In this document: positions 18,011 through 26,346 of the stretch, one piece after another
Numbering within the stretch: the first letter of the stretch is position 1
Layout: every line of letters starts with the position of its first letter
IMG/VR virus record: IMGVR_UViG_3300038379_000915
Location: 1 to 35,876 of that record
Reading direction: 5' to 3' (one strand)
Length of the DNA: 35,876 bases
DNA from: a virus
Lineage: Duplodnaviria; Caudoviricetes
The notes under the pieces: model-generated
The model's input: only the letters and a program-made list of their open reading frames with translations
Told to the model about the DNA's origin: nothing
Database searches by the model: none
Position numbers and translations under genes: made by a program

Positions 18011-18521
18011 CCTTGGCCCACGTGAGCCCGTAGGGCGTGGCGCCGCGCGCCTTCGCGCCGCGGGCGACCGCCTCGCGCACGCCGCGCATGAAGGCCTCGG
18101 TGCGCCGGCGCTGGTCCTCCGCCGCGATCGCCGCCGTGAGACCGGCCATGATGTCGCCCACGCCGGCGCGCAGGTCGAGCAGCTGGCCGGTGGCCATGAA
18201 CGCGACGCGCACGCCGGCGTCCTGCAGCGCGCCGAGGATCTCGCCCCGCTCGCGCCAGCTGTCGGTGCGGGTGAGGCGGGACATGTCGACCGCGACGAGG
18301 ACGTCGAAGCGGCCGGCGCGGGCGTCGGCGAGCAGTCGGCTGAAGCCGGTGCGCTGCTCGAGCTTGCCGGCGCTGGCGCTGCGCCCGTCGTCCACGTAGG
18401 TGCCAACGACGCGCCAGCCCTGGCGCTCGGCGTAGGCGGGGAGCTCGCGGAGCTGCGAGTCGATCGTGCGCAGCTGCTGCTGCTCGCGGGACGACACACG
18501 GGCGTAGATGGCTGCACGCAT
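17976..18521 (-). CDS. Serine recombinase/integrase, catalytic domain only (truncated large serine recombinase)
   Basis: MRAAIYARVSS (catalytic Ser), DDGRSA, R.GF.RLL.D...G.FD, SRLTR, helix E, then G..PYG where the recombinase domain begins, followed quickly by a stop; 181 aa. Confidence 0.85.
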   Translation of the reverse strand: MRAAIYARVSSREQQQLRTIDSQLRELPAYAERQGWRVVGTYVDDGRSASAGKLEQRTGFSRLLADARAGRFDVLVAVDMSRLTRTDSWRERGEILGALQDAGVRVAFMATGQLLDLRAGVGDIMAGLTAAIAAEDQRRRTEAFMRGVREAVARGAKARGATPYGLTWAKGARPAAGRGTR

Positions 18522-18534
18522 GCGAGTGCCGGTC

Positions 18535-18729
18535 CTACCTCGGGGGCTTGTCGAGCTCAAGGAGCCTGGCCAGGGCGTCCACGACGTCGTCCCAGACCCG
18601 GGCATCCTCGATCTCGGCGGGGATGACCCGCACGGTGATCTGATCCTGCGCGCGCTTCGGTCCCTTGCCGGTGCCTTGGCAGGGCTTGATGCGGGGACCA
18701 CGCGGAGACGGCGCGCGCGCGGTCTTCAT
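18535..18729 (-). CDS. Small basic protein upstream of the integrase (possible recombination directionality factor)
   Basis: 64 aa, basic N-terminus plus an amphipathic helix; positional inference. Confidence 0.5.
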   Translation of the reverse strand: MKTARAPSPRGPRIKPCQGTGKGPKRAQDQITVRVIPAEIEDARVWDDVVDALARLLELDKPPR

Positions 18730-18763
18730 GCCTGCAGAGTGCTCCCGGGGTTAGCATGCAGCC

Positions 18764-18973
18764 ATGGTGACGTGCCCCAGGTGCGGTCAGAAGGTGCCGA
18801 TCGGTGTCCTGACGAACCAGGCACTGCAGGCCAACATCCAGTTCCCTCTACCTCACCAGGCTCCGTGCGGCCTGCCGTGCTCGTTTGCGTTTCCACCCCC
18901 CGAGGGCGAGGAAGTGCATTGGAGCCGCTACTCGTGCAAGACATGCGGCGTCGACCACGGCGCCACTGGCTAG
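18764..18973 (+). CDS. Small Cys-rich (zinc-finger-like) protein on the opposite strand
   Basis: CPRC...H..PC..PC...H...CKTC; TAGCAT -10-like hexamer 6 nt before the ATG. Confidence 0.55.
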   Translation: MVTCPRCGQKVPIGVLTNQALQANIQFPLPHQAPCGLPCSFAFPPPEGEEVHWSRYSCKTCGVDHGATG

Positions 18974-18985
18974 GCAAGAACTCGC

Positions 18986-19477
18986 TCACGACGTCTCTCC
19001 CGGCGCGGGCAGGCCCGGAAGCAGCTTCGGCATCTCGCCGCTCTCGTAGGCGCGGGCGATCTGCGGGGCCATGAATTGCCCAACGGTCGAGCCGTCGGGC
19101 AGCACGACCCAAGGCATGAACTCCTCCTCGAAGGTCGCGATGCCGCTCTCGACCGCCTCGAGCTTCGCCTTGATGACGAGCGCGAGCGCGCGCCACAGCC
19201 GGCGGATCTCCTGCTCGTAGGCCGCGCGCGCCTGCTGCTCGTTGCGCCTCTTCTCGAAGAGCGCGTTTGCGCGCTTCGTGTGTGTGAAACGGTGCTCGTC
19301 CGGCTTTGGCATCGCGAGCACGAAGCGCAGCTGGCGCCCGTGCGCGCTGAATCCGACCAGCGCACGGTCGTGGTCCCACCCGCTCACGAACTGGGACGCG
19401 CCGTAGCGTCGCAGCATCTGCTCGATCTCGGCGCGGCTGCGCTCGGCCGGGACCATGGTTCCCTCGGCGAAGCTCAT
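18986..19477 (-). CDS. Conserved phage hypothetical protein
   Basis: T.V..ERSRAEIE..L.RYGA...WRAL.LVIKAKLEAVESGI..FEEEF is a recurrent phage family pattern. Confidence 0.8.
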   Translation of the reverse strand: MSFAEGTMVPAERSRAEIEQMLRRYGASQFVSGWDHDRALVGFSAHGRQLRFVLAMPKPDEHRFTHTKRANALFEKRRNEQQARAAYEQEIRRLWRALALVIKAKLEAVESGIATFEEEFMPWVVLPDGSTVGQFMAPQIARAYESGEMPKLLPGLPAPGETS

Positions 19478-19716
19478 CGCGCTCTCCGGTGCCGCTCAGC
19501 GTTGGGGCAAGTGGCGAAGTGGCTCTTGAACCTGGCCTCGAGCGGGTCGGGCTCCTCGGTACGCCCGAGCACCACCGCGACCTGGCCGTCGATGGTCTTC
19601 CGCACGACGACGTTTCCGTCCGCGACGGGCATCTCGTCGAGCGGCATAGCCTTGCCGGCCCCCGTCTTCGCCCACCGGATGCGAGCGCCGCAGCTGGCGC
19701 AGGCCCCTCGCTTCAC
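19474..19716 (-). CDS. Conserved small Zn-ribbon phage protein
   Basis: C.SCGA.I.W.KT..GK.MPLD...SHFATCP. Confidence 0.75.
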   Translation of the reverse strand: MKRGACASCGARIRWAKTGAGKAMPLDEMPVADGNVVVRKTIDGQVAVVLGRTEEPDPLEARFKSHFATCPNAERHRRAR

Positions 19717-19916
19717 GGCCGCCTCCCGAGCAGCGCCGTGGCGAGGTAGATGACCGCGAGCCCGACGATGCCGAGCACTAGGAGGATCGGCATCACGACC
19801 GCCAGGGCGAGCGGCCCGGCCGGCGGGTGGTCCTCGGGCGGCGCGGCCACGATCGCGGCGTAGAACGCGCCCACGAGCACCAGGTACGCCGCGAGCACGA
19901 GCAGCGGCGTCGTCAC
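19713..19916 (-). CDS. Small two-TM membrane protein
   Basis: VTTPLLVLAAYLVLVGAFYAAIV...LALAVVMPILLVLGIVGLAVIYL; coupled overlaps at both ends. Confidence 0.6.
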   Translation of the reverse strand: MTTPLLVLAAYLVLVGAFYAAIVAAPPEDHPPAGPLALAVVMPILLVLGIVGLAVIYLATALLGRRP

Positions 19917-21460
19917 GACCGCTTGCCCTTCTTCGCCGGCTTCTCGGCTGGCGCAACGACCGCCGCGGCCAGCCGCTTCTCGATCGCCTTGAGGTCGACG
20001 CCGAAGGCCTTGCAGACCTCCTTGAAGTCCCCGTCGCCGACGCCCTCGGAGTACACGTCGGCGGCGTCCTGCAGGAGCAGCTCGGCCATGAGGCCCTGCG
20101 CCTGGGCGGCGGTGAGCTTCTTCTTCAGCAGCTTGTCCAGGTCGACGCCCCGACGCGCGGCGACCTTGACCTGCGCGCTGAACGCCATGTCGAGGAGGCG
20201 GTCGAGGATGTGCTCCCAGCCGGCTGCGCCGATGCCCTGCTCGGCGGCCGCGGCGATCTCGCCCATCGCCTCGGCGGCAACCTTCGCGTGCAGCTCGCGC
20301 GCGACCTTCTCGGCAGCGGCGTCCGCCTTGCTCTTCTTCGGCGGCGCGCCCGGGTCCCGATCGCTCTTCGAGACCATGCCCTTGTCCTTGAGGACCTTGT
20401 TGGCCACCGAGGTCTCGACGAGCTCGACGATCCGGCCGTCCTTCGGGTGGCGCGCGAGCACGACCGGCGCGCCCTTGCCGAGCACCTGCTTCCACTTCTT
20501 CCCGCCGTCGACCTTGGGGCAGTAGGCGTCGAGGTCGACGTAGCCCTGCGGCGGCCCCCACTCGCTCGGCCAGACCTCCTTGGCGGCCTTGGCGGTGAGC
20601 ACCTCGCCTCCCTTCTCCTTCGCCTCGCGCGTGCGGATCTGCCAGAGCGCCTCGACCTTGCTCTCGTAGCAGGGCGGGTCGGTGCACACGTCTGCACTCT
20701 CGATGTCCGGGAAGAGCTCGCGCTGGTTGCCGGTCCGCTTGAGGCACGTGGTGCACGACCCCGCCTCGGGGACCAGCATGTTGTCGGCGACCGCGAAGGG
20801 CGCCTCCTTCAGGAGCAGCGTGAACTGGCGCTGCAGCAGGTACGACGCCTCGCGCGCGGGGATGCGCTCGCCCTCGTCGCCGCGGTCCCAGTCGAGCAGC
20901 ACCTTGAGCGCCTTGTCCTGCAGCGCGACCGGCACCCGGGCGAGGTAGAGCGCGACGGAGGCCTCGAGCTTGCCCTCGCGGAAGGCGAGCCGCCCGGGCT
21001 TCTGCAGCGCGAGCAGCTTCATGCGCGCGTAGACATAGCCCTTCGAGCGGCCGACTCGGTCCGCGATCTGCTCCACCGCGTAGCCGTGCTCCTTGTGGAG
21101 CCGCTCGTAGCCCTCGGCCTCGTCGAGCGGGTGCAGGTCGCGCCGGCGCAGGTTCTCGACAAGGAGCAGCTCGAGCGCGTCGCGGTCGCCGAGCTCGCGG
21201 ACGATGAAGGGCATGGTCGGCCGGTTTGCGCGCCGCGACGCGTCCCAGCGGCAGTGGCCGAAGACGATCTCGTAGGGCGTGGGTCCCTCCGGCGTCGGCC
21301 GCGCCAGCCCGGGCGTGACCACGCCATGCTGGGCGACGCTGGCGACCAAGTCGTCGTCGGCCTTCCGGCTCTTGGGCTGGAAGGGGGAGGGGGTGAGCTG
21401 GTCGAGCGGTAGGTACTCGAAGCGCTCGGTTGGGGGGGAGGTCTCGGTCTGCGTGTCCAT
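19913..21460 (-). CDS. parB: ParB/RepB/Spo0J-family protein with Cys-rich C-terminal extension
   Basis: L..L.PSPFQP, YEIVFGHCRWDA (GxxRxxA), ENLRRRDLHPLDEAEGY, HTH IADRVGRS; CTTC.KRTG...C.DP.CY. Confidence 0.85.
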   Translation of the reverse strand: MDTQTETSPPTERFEYLPLDQLTPSPFQPKSRKADDDLVASVAQHGVVTPGLARPTPEGPTPYEIVFGHCRWDASRRANRPTMPFIVRELGDRDALELLLVENLRRRDLHPLDEAEGYERLHKEHGYAVEQIADRVGRSKGYVYARMKLLALQKPGRLAFREGKLEASVALYLARVPVALQDKALKVLLDWDRGDEGERIPAREASYLLQRQFTLLLKEAPFAVADNMLVPEAGSCTTCLKRTGNQRELFPDIESADVCTDPPCYESKVEALWQIRTREAKEKGGEVLTAKAAKEVWPSEWGPPQGYVDLDAYCPKVDGGKKWKQVLGKGAPVVLARHPKDGRIVELVETSVANKVLKDKGMVSKSDRDPGAPPKKSKADAAAEKVARELHAKVAAEAMGEIAAAAEQGIGAAGWEHILDRLLDMAFSAQVKVAARRGVDLDKLLKKKLTAAQAQGLMAELLLQDAADVYSEGVGDGDFKEVCKAFGVDLKAIEKRLAAAVVAPAEKPAKKGKRS

Positions 21461-21468
21461 GGGTCACC

Positions 21469-22476
21469 TCACTCGTCGTCCGAGCCGGGCTCGCGGGGTA
21501 GGGCAGAGGGGGCAGGCGGCGGCGCGGCCTTCTGGCCGGCGGCCTGCTGGACCTTCCCCTTGAATCTGCTCGGCGCCTGGGTCGGCGGCGCCGCCGGCGC
21601 GCCCTGGCCGCGCTCCTCGCGCCGCTGCTCCATGACAGCCGACCACGTGGTCTCGCCGTCCTTGATGGCCTGCCAGACGCCGCGGAGCTCGATCAGCTCG
21701 TCGGGTGTGGTGTCCTGCATCTTGTGGCCGAGGTACTCGGCGAGCGCCTCGGCGCGGATGCCGAGCTCGGCGAAGGCGTCCACCGCCATCCGCTTCTCGG
21801 CGTCGGGGTCCTTCGTGACCTGCCCGCGGAGCACGGCCTGCACCTGCTCCATGCCCTCCTCGAGCAGCCAGCCCGGGAAGATCCTGAAGACCAGGTTGCG
21901 CAGCGTCTTCGAGACGAGCGCGTTCTCCTTGTTCGACAGCTCGTCGTCGGTGGCAATCACCGTGTAGGTCTTGATCCCTTCGCTGTTCGTGCGAACCGAG
22001 ATCGGCACCTGGCCATCGCGCAGCGCGCGCCGCTCGACCGTCTTGGCGAAGGTGATGTCCTTCGACGCCGACGCGTTCGTCTCGAGGTCGACGACGGTGA
22101 CGCGAACGATCCGACGCTCCGGGTCGTCGTAGATGGTCGGCGTCGTCACGCGCAGGTTGCCGAAGACGCGCAGTGCCACCTCGGCCAGGCGGATCGAGGG
22201 GCCCTCGATTTTCTCCCTGCCGACCGGCTTCCGGTACCGCGCGATCTTCGCCAGGGAGGGGCGCGAGCACTCGCGGAGGAACCGGTCGCGCACGACCTCG
22301 AGGTCGCGCGGGCGCTGCAGCGCGACCACGTACTGCGACTCCACCTCGGCGCGCGCCTGCGCCGCGGCCGCGGTGATGGCGGTCTCGGCGACCTGCTGCA
22401 CCTGCAGCGCCCCGAGCTCCTGCCTCACGATCCCGTGCGCCGGCGCGGCCGGCACCATCATCGTCGTCTCGGACAT
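21469..22476 (-). CDS. Putative single-strand annealing/recombination protein
   Basis: Directly downstream of the YqaJ gene; ALQRPRD...YRKPVG..IEGPSIRLAE...FGN motif; acidic C-terminal tail (EPGSDDE). Confidence 0.6.
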   Translation of the reverse strand: MSETTMMVPAAPAHGIVRQELGALQVQQVAETAITAAAAQARAEVESQYVVALQRPRDLEVVRDRFLRECSRPSLAKIARYRKPVGREKIEGPSIRLAEVALRVFGNLRVTTPTIYDDPERRIVRVTVVDLETNASASKDITFAKTVERRALRDGQVPISVRTNSEGIKTYTVIATDDELSNKENALVSKTLRNLVFRIFPGWLLEEGMEQVQAVLRGQVTKDPDAEKRMAVDAFAELGIRAEALAEYLGHKMQDTTPDELIELRGVWQAIKDGETTWSAVMEQRREERGQGAPAAPPTQAPSRFKGKVQQAAGQKAAPPPAPSALPREPGSDDE

Positions 22477-22481
22477 GTCGA

Positions 22482-23492
22482 TCACTCCTCCGTGTCGGTG
22501 GCGCCGGCGTCCCTCAGCCGACGTGACGTGAACCGCGGGGCCGGATACGAGCGGCCGCGGCAGGCTTCCTCGAGCTGGGCGCGGCGCTCGGGCGAGGTCT
22601 TCGCCTCCTGCAGCAGCACCTCGGCGACGCGCTTCCAGTTCACCTTCCCGCGCTGCTCGACGTTGACGAACCGCCAGGCGTCGTTGGCGAACCCCTTCAC
22701 GCCCAGGTTGGCGGCGAGCGCGGCCAGGCGCTGCCGCAGCTCGGCCTTGCGGTGCTCGGCGCGCTCGATCGTGAGCAGCACCTCCTCGAGGTCGCTGGCG
22801 ATCATCTCGGCGGGGACGGTCGGCTCGATGCACTTGCCGCCGGCGCCGCGCATGCGCTCGTGCACGTAGCGCCACGCGGCGTCGCCGCCGTCGAAGTCCG
22901 GCGGGACGTTCGCCTGGACGTGGTCCCGCCAGAAGCGCTCTGCCACGTCGAGCAGGGCGGCCTCGACGTCCGTGTCGCGCTCGAGCGTGTAGGCGCGGAA
23001 GTCGTTGCCGTCGAGGAGCACGGCCACGTCCCAGCGCGGCAGGTCGGTGAGCGACATGTACCAGTGCGCCTGCGCCTGGACCTCGTCGGGCACGCCGGCC
23101 GCGCCGTCGCGCTCGGCTCCCCAGCGCCATGCCTGACGCAGGCCGCGCGCCTTGATCTCGAGGCCCCACTCGGCGGACGCCTGCGAGCTGGCGTTCACCA
23201 GCCGGTCGGGCGTGCCGAGCTGCCACGGGCGCGCCGCGTGGACGACGGTCGCCCCCTTCCACAGCGCGACGCCGAGGCGCTCGCGGTACTCGTCGGCGAT
23301 CACCGCCTCGAGCCGGTTGCCCCAGCGGGTGAAGCGGTTCTCCGGCGAGGGCTCGGCGCGACCGGTCTTCTCCGCCCACACGTCCCAGGCGGTGCGGTAC
23401 GGGTCGAGCCCGAGCAGGGCGGCGACGTCGCTGCCGCCGATGCCGCGGCGGCGCATTGCGAGTTGCTCGTCGCTGAGACCGAGCGCGGTCAC
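22482..23492 (-). CDS. yqaJ: YqaJ-like viral recombination exonuclease
   Basis: RRRGIGGSD.AA.LG..PY.T..DVW..K, WGNRLE..I, TPD, LEIK, Q..WYM. Confidence 0.9.
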   Translation of the reverse strand: MTALGLSDEQLAMRRRGIGGSDVAALLGLDPYRTAWDVWAEKTGRAEPSPENRFTRWGNRLEAVIADEYRERLGVALWKGATVVHAARPWQLGTPDRLVNASSQASAEWGLEIKARGLRQAWRWGAERDGAAGVPDEVQAQAHWYMSLTDLPRWDVAVLLDGNDFRAYTLERDTDVEAALLDVAERFWRDHVQANVPPDFDGGDAAWRYVHERMRGAGGKCIEPTVPAEMIASDLEEVLLTIERAEHRKAELRQRLAALAANLGVKGFANDAWRFVNVEQRGKVNWKRVAEVLLQEAKTSPERRAQLEEACRGRSYPAPRFTSRRLRDAGATDTEE

Positions 23493-23785
23493 GGCTGCGC
23501 CTCGCGCGCGGCGTCGGCCCGCACCAGCTCGACGCACTCCTTGCACATGTAGACGCCGTTGCCGTCCTCGTCGGTGTCGGAGGCGTTCGAGTACGCGACC
23601 AGGACCTCGCAGCGCTCGCACATCACCGAGTCGATGACGTCCATGACGAGCAGCGCCGGGTCGGCGTTCTCGACCACGTACTCGATCGCGTCCCTGGCGA
23701 TCGCCTCGAGCAGAACGCCCGGCACGCCGATGTAGCGGTAGCCGCCGTCGAGCCCTTTCAGGTAATTCACGATGCGCTTCTCCAT
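23489..23785 (-). CDS. Hypothetical protein with CxxC...CxxC
   Basis: SD AGGAGG; CERC and CKEC motifs. Confidence 0.7.
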   Translation of the reverse strand: MEKRIVNYLKGLDGGYRYIGVPGVLLEAIARDAIEYVVENADPALLVMDVIDSVMCERCEVLVAYSNASDTDEDGNGVYMCKECVELVRADAAREAQP

Positions 23786-23800
23786 GGTCGACCTCCTGTG

Positions 23801-23884
23801 TGGAGCCGAGGGGAGTCGAACCCCTCCACCGTGGCGCGCACCTGGGAGGATGGCGGTGCGCGCCGACGGGACCCGCGTGGCCCC
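23801..23884 (-). ncRNA. tRNA-Ala/tmRNA-TLD-like structured RNA (not a canonical tRNA)
   Basis: 5' GGGGCC pairs with 3' GGCTCC-A (G3:U70 wobble); T-arm GAGGGG-TTCGACT-CCCCTC; central 10-bp stem GGCGCGCACC/GGTGCGCGCC with a 12-nt loop; no D-stem. Confidence 0.7.
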
Positions 23885-23920
23885 AGATGCCCGCGTTCGG
23901 CGGCGGGCGCGCCATGCGAA

Positions 23921-24163
23921 CTAGGAGTCGGTCAACACGTCGACCTCGCCCGGCCCCACACCGAGCGGCCGACGCTCTCGCGTCTCCAGGCCTCGCGACC
24001 ACCTCCTGTCGACCTGGCGGTCGAGCCGCCTGGCCGAGTCGAACCCGTCGAGCCAGGCCTCGAGGCGCCCGTCGCGGGCGCGCTTCTCCGCCCACTCGAA
24101 GACCAGCGCCGCGCCGATGAGCGCGACGACGATGGCGAACACCACGAAGGCGGCGATCACCAC
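23921..24163 (-). CDS. Small N-terminal-TM protein
   Basis: VIAAFVVFAIVVALIGAALVF hydrophobic segment. Confidence 0.6.
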   Translation of the reverse strand: MVIAAFVVFAIVVALIGAALVFEWAEKRARDGRLEAWLDGFDSARRLDRQVDRRWSRGLETRERRPLGVGPGEVDVLTDS

Positions 24164-24327
24164 GCCCTCACGAGGGCCGCGACGATCATCGCGGTCCCGA
24201 TGCAGATGAGCGCCAGCGCCCAGCCCACGCCCGGCGCGGTGTACCAGCGCGGCCGGCGCGCCGGCGTCATGCGCTCGAGCCGCGGCGCGACGCGCTGGCC
24301 GTCGAGGATTCGTGAGCGGCTACGCAT
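24157..24327 (-). CDS. Small C-terminal-TM protein (56 aa)
   Basis: Read by hand: MRSRSRILDG...GWALALICIGTAMIVAALVRAW*. Confidence 0.55.
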   Translation of the reverse strand: MRSRSRILDGQRVAPRLERMTPARRPRWYTAPGVGWALALICIGTAMIVAALVRAW

Positions 24328-24583
24328 CGCCGTGCTCCCTCACTCGTCGCCGGCGCTCCGGGGTGACCTCTTCCTGCGGCATTCCGGCCGCCGAGCACGT
24401 GGCGCTCAGCGCGTCGACGAGGCCCGCGGCCAGGCCGCGCTGCGGCTCGCGGAAGCTCGTCGTGATGTGCAGCCGGCCCGCCTTGTCGAGTACGCAGAGC
24501 ACGACCATCGGCGCGTCCAGCTCGTCGCGCACGCCGCCGGCGACATCGACGAGCATCGCGTTGTCCATCGCGCCCTCAGGCAT
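24320..24583 (-). CDS. Hypothetical protein
   Basis: MPEGAMDNAMLVDV...; GC3-rich codons; overlaps its neighbours. Confidence 0.55.
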   Translation of the reverse strand: MPEGAMDNAMLVDVAGGVRDELDAPMVVLCVLDKAGRLHITTSFREPQRGLAAGLVDALSATCSAAGMPQEEVTPERRRRVREHGDA

Positions 24584-24938
24584 GGGCCGCTCCGTGCCGC
24601 GACCGGACGTGCGTGAAGCGCGCCATCGCGAGCTGCTCGTGCGCCCGCGCCTCGGCGAAGGCCTGGTAGGCGCGCCTCGCCTCCGCGGACTCGGCACCGA
24701 GCAGGTGCGCGAGGGCGCCGCACGCGTTGCTCGCCAGCGTGACCGCCGCGTGCGCCAGGTCGGCCGCGCGGGCGACGACGACCAGCTCGTCGCTCTGCCG
24801 CGCCTCCTCCTTGCACGCGCGCGCCTGCTCCGCGTATTCGACCACGCGCCGCGCCAGCTCGCGCCCGAAGTCCTCGAGCGACGCCGAGCGCAGCGACAGC
24901 TGGATGAGCGCCGCGTCCTCCACCGGGTGCAGGGCCAT
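24576..24938 (-). CDS. Hypothetical helical protein
   Basis: MALHPVEDAALIQLSL...; TGATG coupling with the upstream gene. Confidence 0.6.
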   Translation of the reverse strand: MALHPVEDAALIQLSLRSASLEDFGRELARRVVEYAEQARACKEEARQSDELVVVARAADLAHAAVTLASNACGALAHLLGAESAEARRAYQAFAEARAHEQLAMARFTHVRSRHGAAHA

Positions 24939-25105
24939 CACGGCACCACCACGCCGCTCGCGACGAGCAGCAGCAGGTACCCGCGCCGGCGCGCGCGACG
25001 CTGCACCGGCAGCGCACGCACCTCGGCGACGATCTCGCCGGTGGCCGGGTCGACCGCGAGCCACGCCTGGCCGCCGAGCGGCTGCATCACGGCGACGCGC
25101 CTCAC
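24938..25105 (-). CDS. Small hypothetical protein
   Basis: Read by hand: VRRVAVMQPLGGQAWLAVDPATGEIV...LLLLVASGVVVP*. Confidence 0.5.
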   Translation of the reverse strand: MRRVAVMQPLGGQAWLAVDPATGEIVAEVRALPVQRRARRRGYLLLLVASGVVVP

Positions 25106-25305
25106 GACGGCCCCACCCCGGCCTGCTCGGCCGCATGGATGAAGTCGTCCGCGTTCAGCAGCGTGAAGCGCGCGCAGACCGGCAGCGTGTGGACGAGCCC
25201 GGTCACGTTCCGCCGCGTCTCGGGATCCCGCACGTCGGCGAGCAGGATGTCGCCCTTGCAGAAGGGGCAGCGCTCGGCCGCGCCGTTCTTGACGAGCCGC
25301 TTCAC
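25102..25305 (-). CDS. Small CPFC-containing hypothetical protein
   Basis: VKRLVKNGAAERCPFC...H..P.C; GTGA overlaps. Confidence 0.55.
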   Translation of the reverse strand: MKRLVKNGAAERCPFCKGDILLADVRDPETRRNVTGLVHTLPVCARFTLLNADDFIHAAEQAGVGPS

Positions 25306-25652
25306 GCTGCCACCGCCTGCGGGGGCGAGGCGAACGGGCCGCGCGCGGTCAGCGTGAGCACCCACGCGTCCTGGTCGGCGGTGAGCTGCGCGGTGATGTC
25401 GAGGCCGTACTCGCGCCACTCCTCGAGCCAGGACTGGATGATCGCCTCGGCGACCGGCGCCTCGTAGACGACCAGCGTCAGCCACGTGAGCGGCCGCGAG
25501 AGGTGCTCGCTCGGCGGCGCGTCGAGCAGGAAGGACCCCTCGTGCTGCGTCTGCAGCTTCCGCAGCCGCTGGACCTGCGCCTCGTACGACTTGCGCTCGG
25601 TGCGCGCGGTCGCGCGCGGCGAGCAGACCCGGGTGACGATCGAATCGTTCAT
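25302..25652 (-). CDS. Hypothetical protein
   Basis: 116-aa ORF with SD GGAGG and ATGA overlap. Confidence 0.6.
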   Translation of the reverse strand: MNDSIVTRVCSPRATARTERKSYEAQVQRLRKLQTQHEGSFLLDAPPSEHLSRPLTWLTLVVYEAPVAEAIIQSWLEEWREYGLDITAQLTADQDAWVLTLTARGPFASPPQAVAA

Positions 25653-26131
25653 GACCTACCTCCCACGTGACGCCAGGTCACGCCCTTGACCACGTTCCGC
25701 ACCGTCTGCGGCCGCACACCGAAGCGGGGCGCCAGGCTCCCGATCGAGGAGCCGGCGGCGTACAGCTCGCGCATCTCGCTGACCTGCTGGTCCGAGAGCT
25801 TCGCCGCGCCTCGGGCGGGCTGGCCCGCTGCGCCGTGCCGCCGCCGCTTGCCGCGCCCCTTGGCGGCGCAGTCCGCCATGTTCTCCGCGTGAGTGCCCAC
25901 GCGCAGGTGCGAGGGCCGCACGCACGCGGGGTTGTCACAGGCATGAAGGACGTGCCCGGCAACCTTGCCGAGCGTCAGCGCCAGCGCGACGCGGTGCGCG
26001 CCCACGAGTCGCCCACGGAGCCAGAAGACTCCGTAGCCGTGGAGGCTGCGCCCGCCGCGCCACTCCCAGCAGCCGTCGCCGATGGCGACCTTCGACCAGA
26101 AGCGGGACTCGTCGTCGCCTGGCCGCCTCAT
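25649..26131 (-). CDS. HNH endonuclease with C-terminal HTH
   Basis: CWEW.G...GYG...AHR...VLHACDNPACVRPSHL..GT..EN..D; C-terminal HTH ending V.G.TW.H. Confidence 0.9.
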   Translation of the reverse strand: MRRPGDDESRFWSKVAIGDGCWEWRGGRSLHGYGVFWLRGRLVGAHRVALALTLGKVAGHVLHACDNPACVRPSHLRVGTHAENMADCAAKGRGKRRRHGAAGQPARGAAKLSDQQVSEMRELYAAGSSIGSLAPRFGVRPQTVRNVVKGVTWRHVGGRS

Positions 26132-26346
26132 GACACCCTCGCGACGAGCACGACGAATTCCCGGCCGTCCACCGCCGCGGCGCCCGAGAGCACGCGCAGC
26201 AGGTCACGCTTCGTTCGGCCGCCGACGAGCAGGCTCGCGTAGAGCAGCTGCTCGCGCTCGGTGTCGTTCGCCGGCGGCAGCAGCATCGGCGCGCGCGCGA
26301 TGGCGATCACCGCCAGACCTCCGGCTCGCCGTAGCCCGGACGCCAC
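26128..26346 (-). CDS. Small hypothetical protein (start uncertain, possibly near 26311)
   Basis: Fills the operon gap; GC3-rich 3' part. Confidence 0.4.
   Translation of the reverse strand: MASGLRRAGGLAVIAIARAPMLLPPANDTEREQLLYASLLVGGRTKRDLLRVLSGAAAVDGREFVVLVARVS

Noticed and set aside
19913-21460. ParABS plasmid-prophage partition system
   Set aside because: No ParA ATPase or parS array is visible; solitary ParB-like genes are common in phage early regions.
23801-23884. Canonical tRNA gene or tRNA-derived attP
   Set aside because: No D-stem or 7-nt anticodon loop and no encoded CCA. It has a paired 5' strand, lies mid-operon, and no tyrosine integrase is present, so it is reported as a tRNA-like RNA instead.
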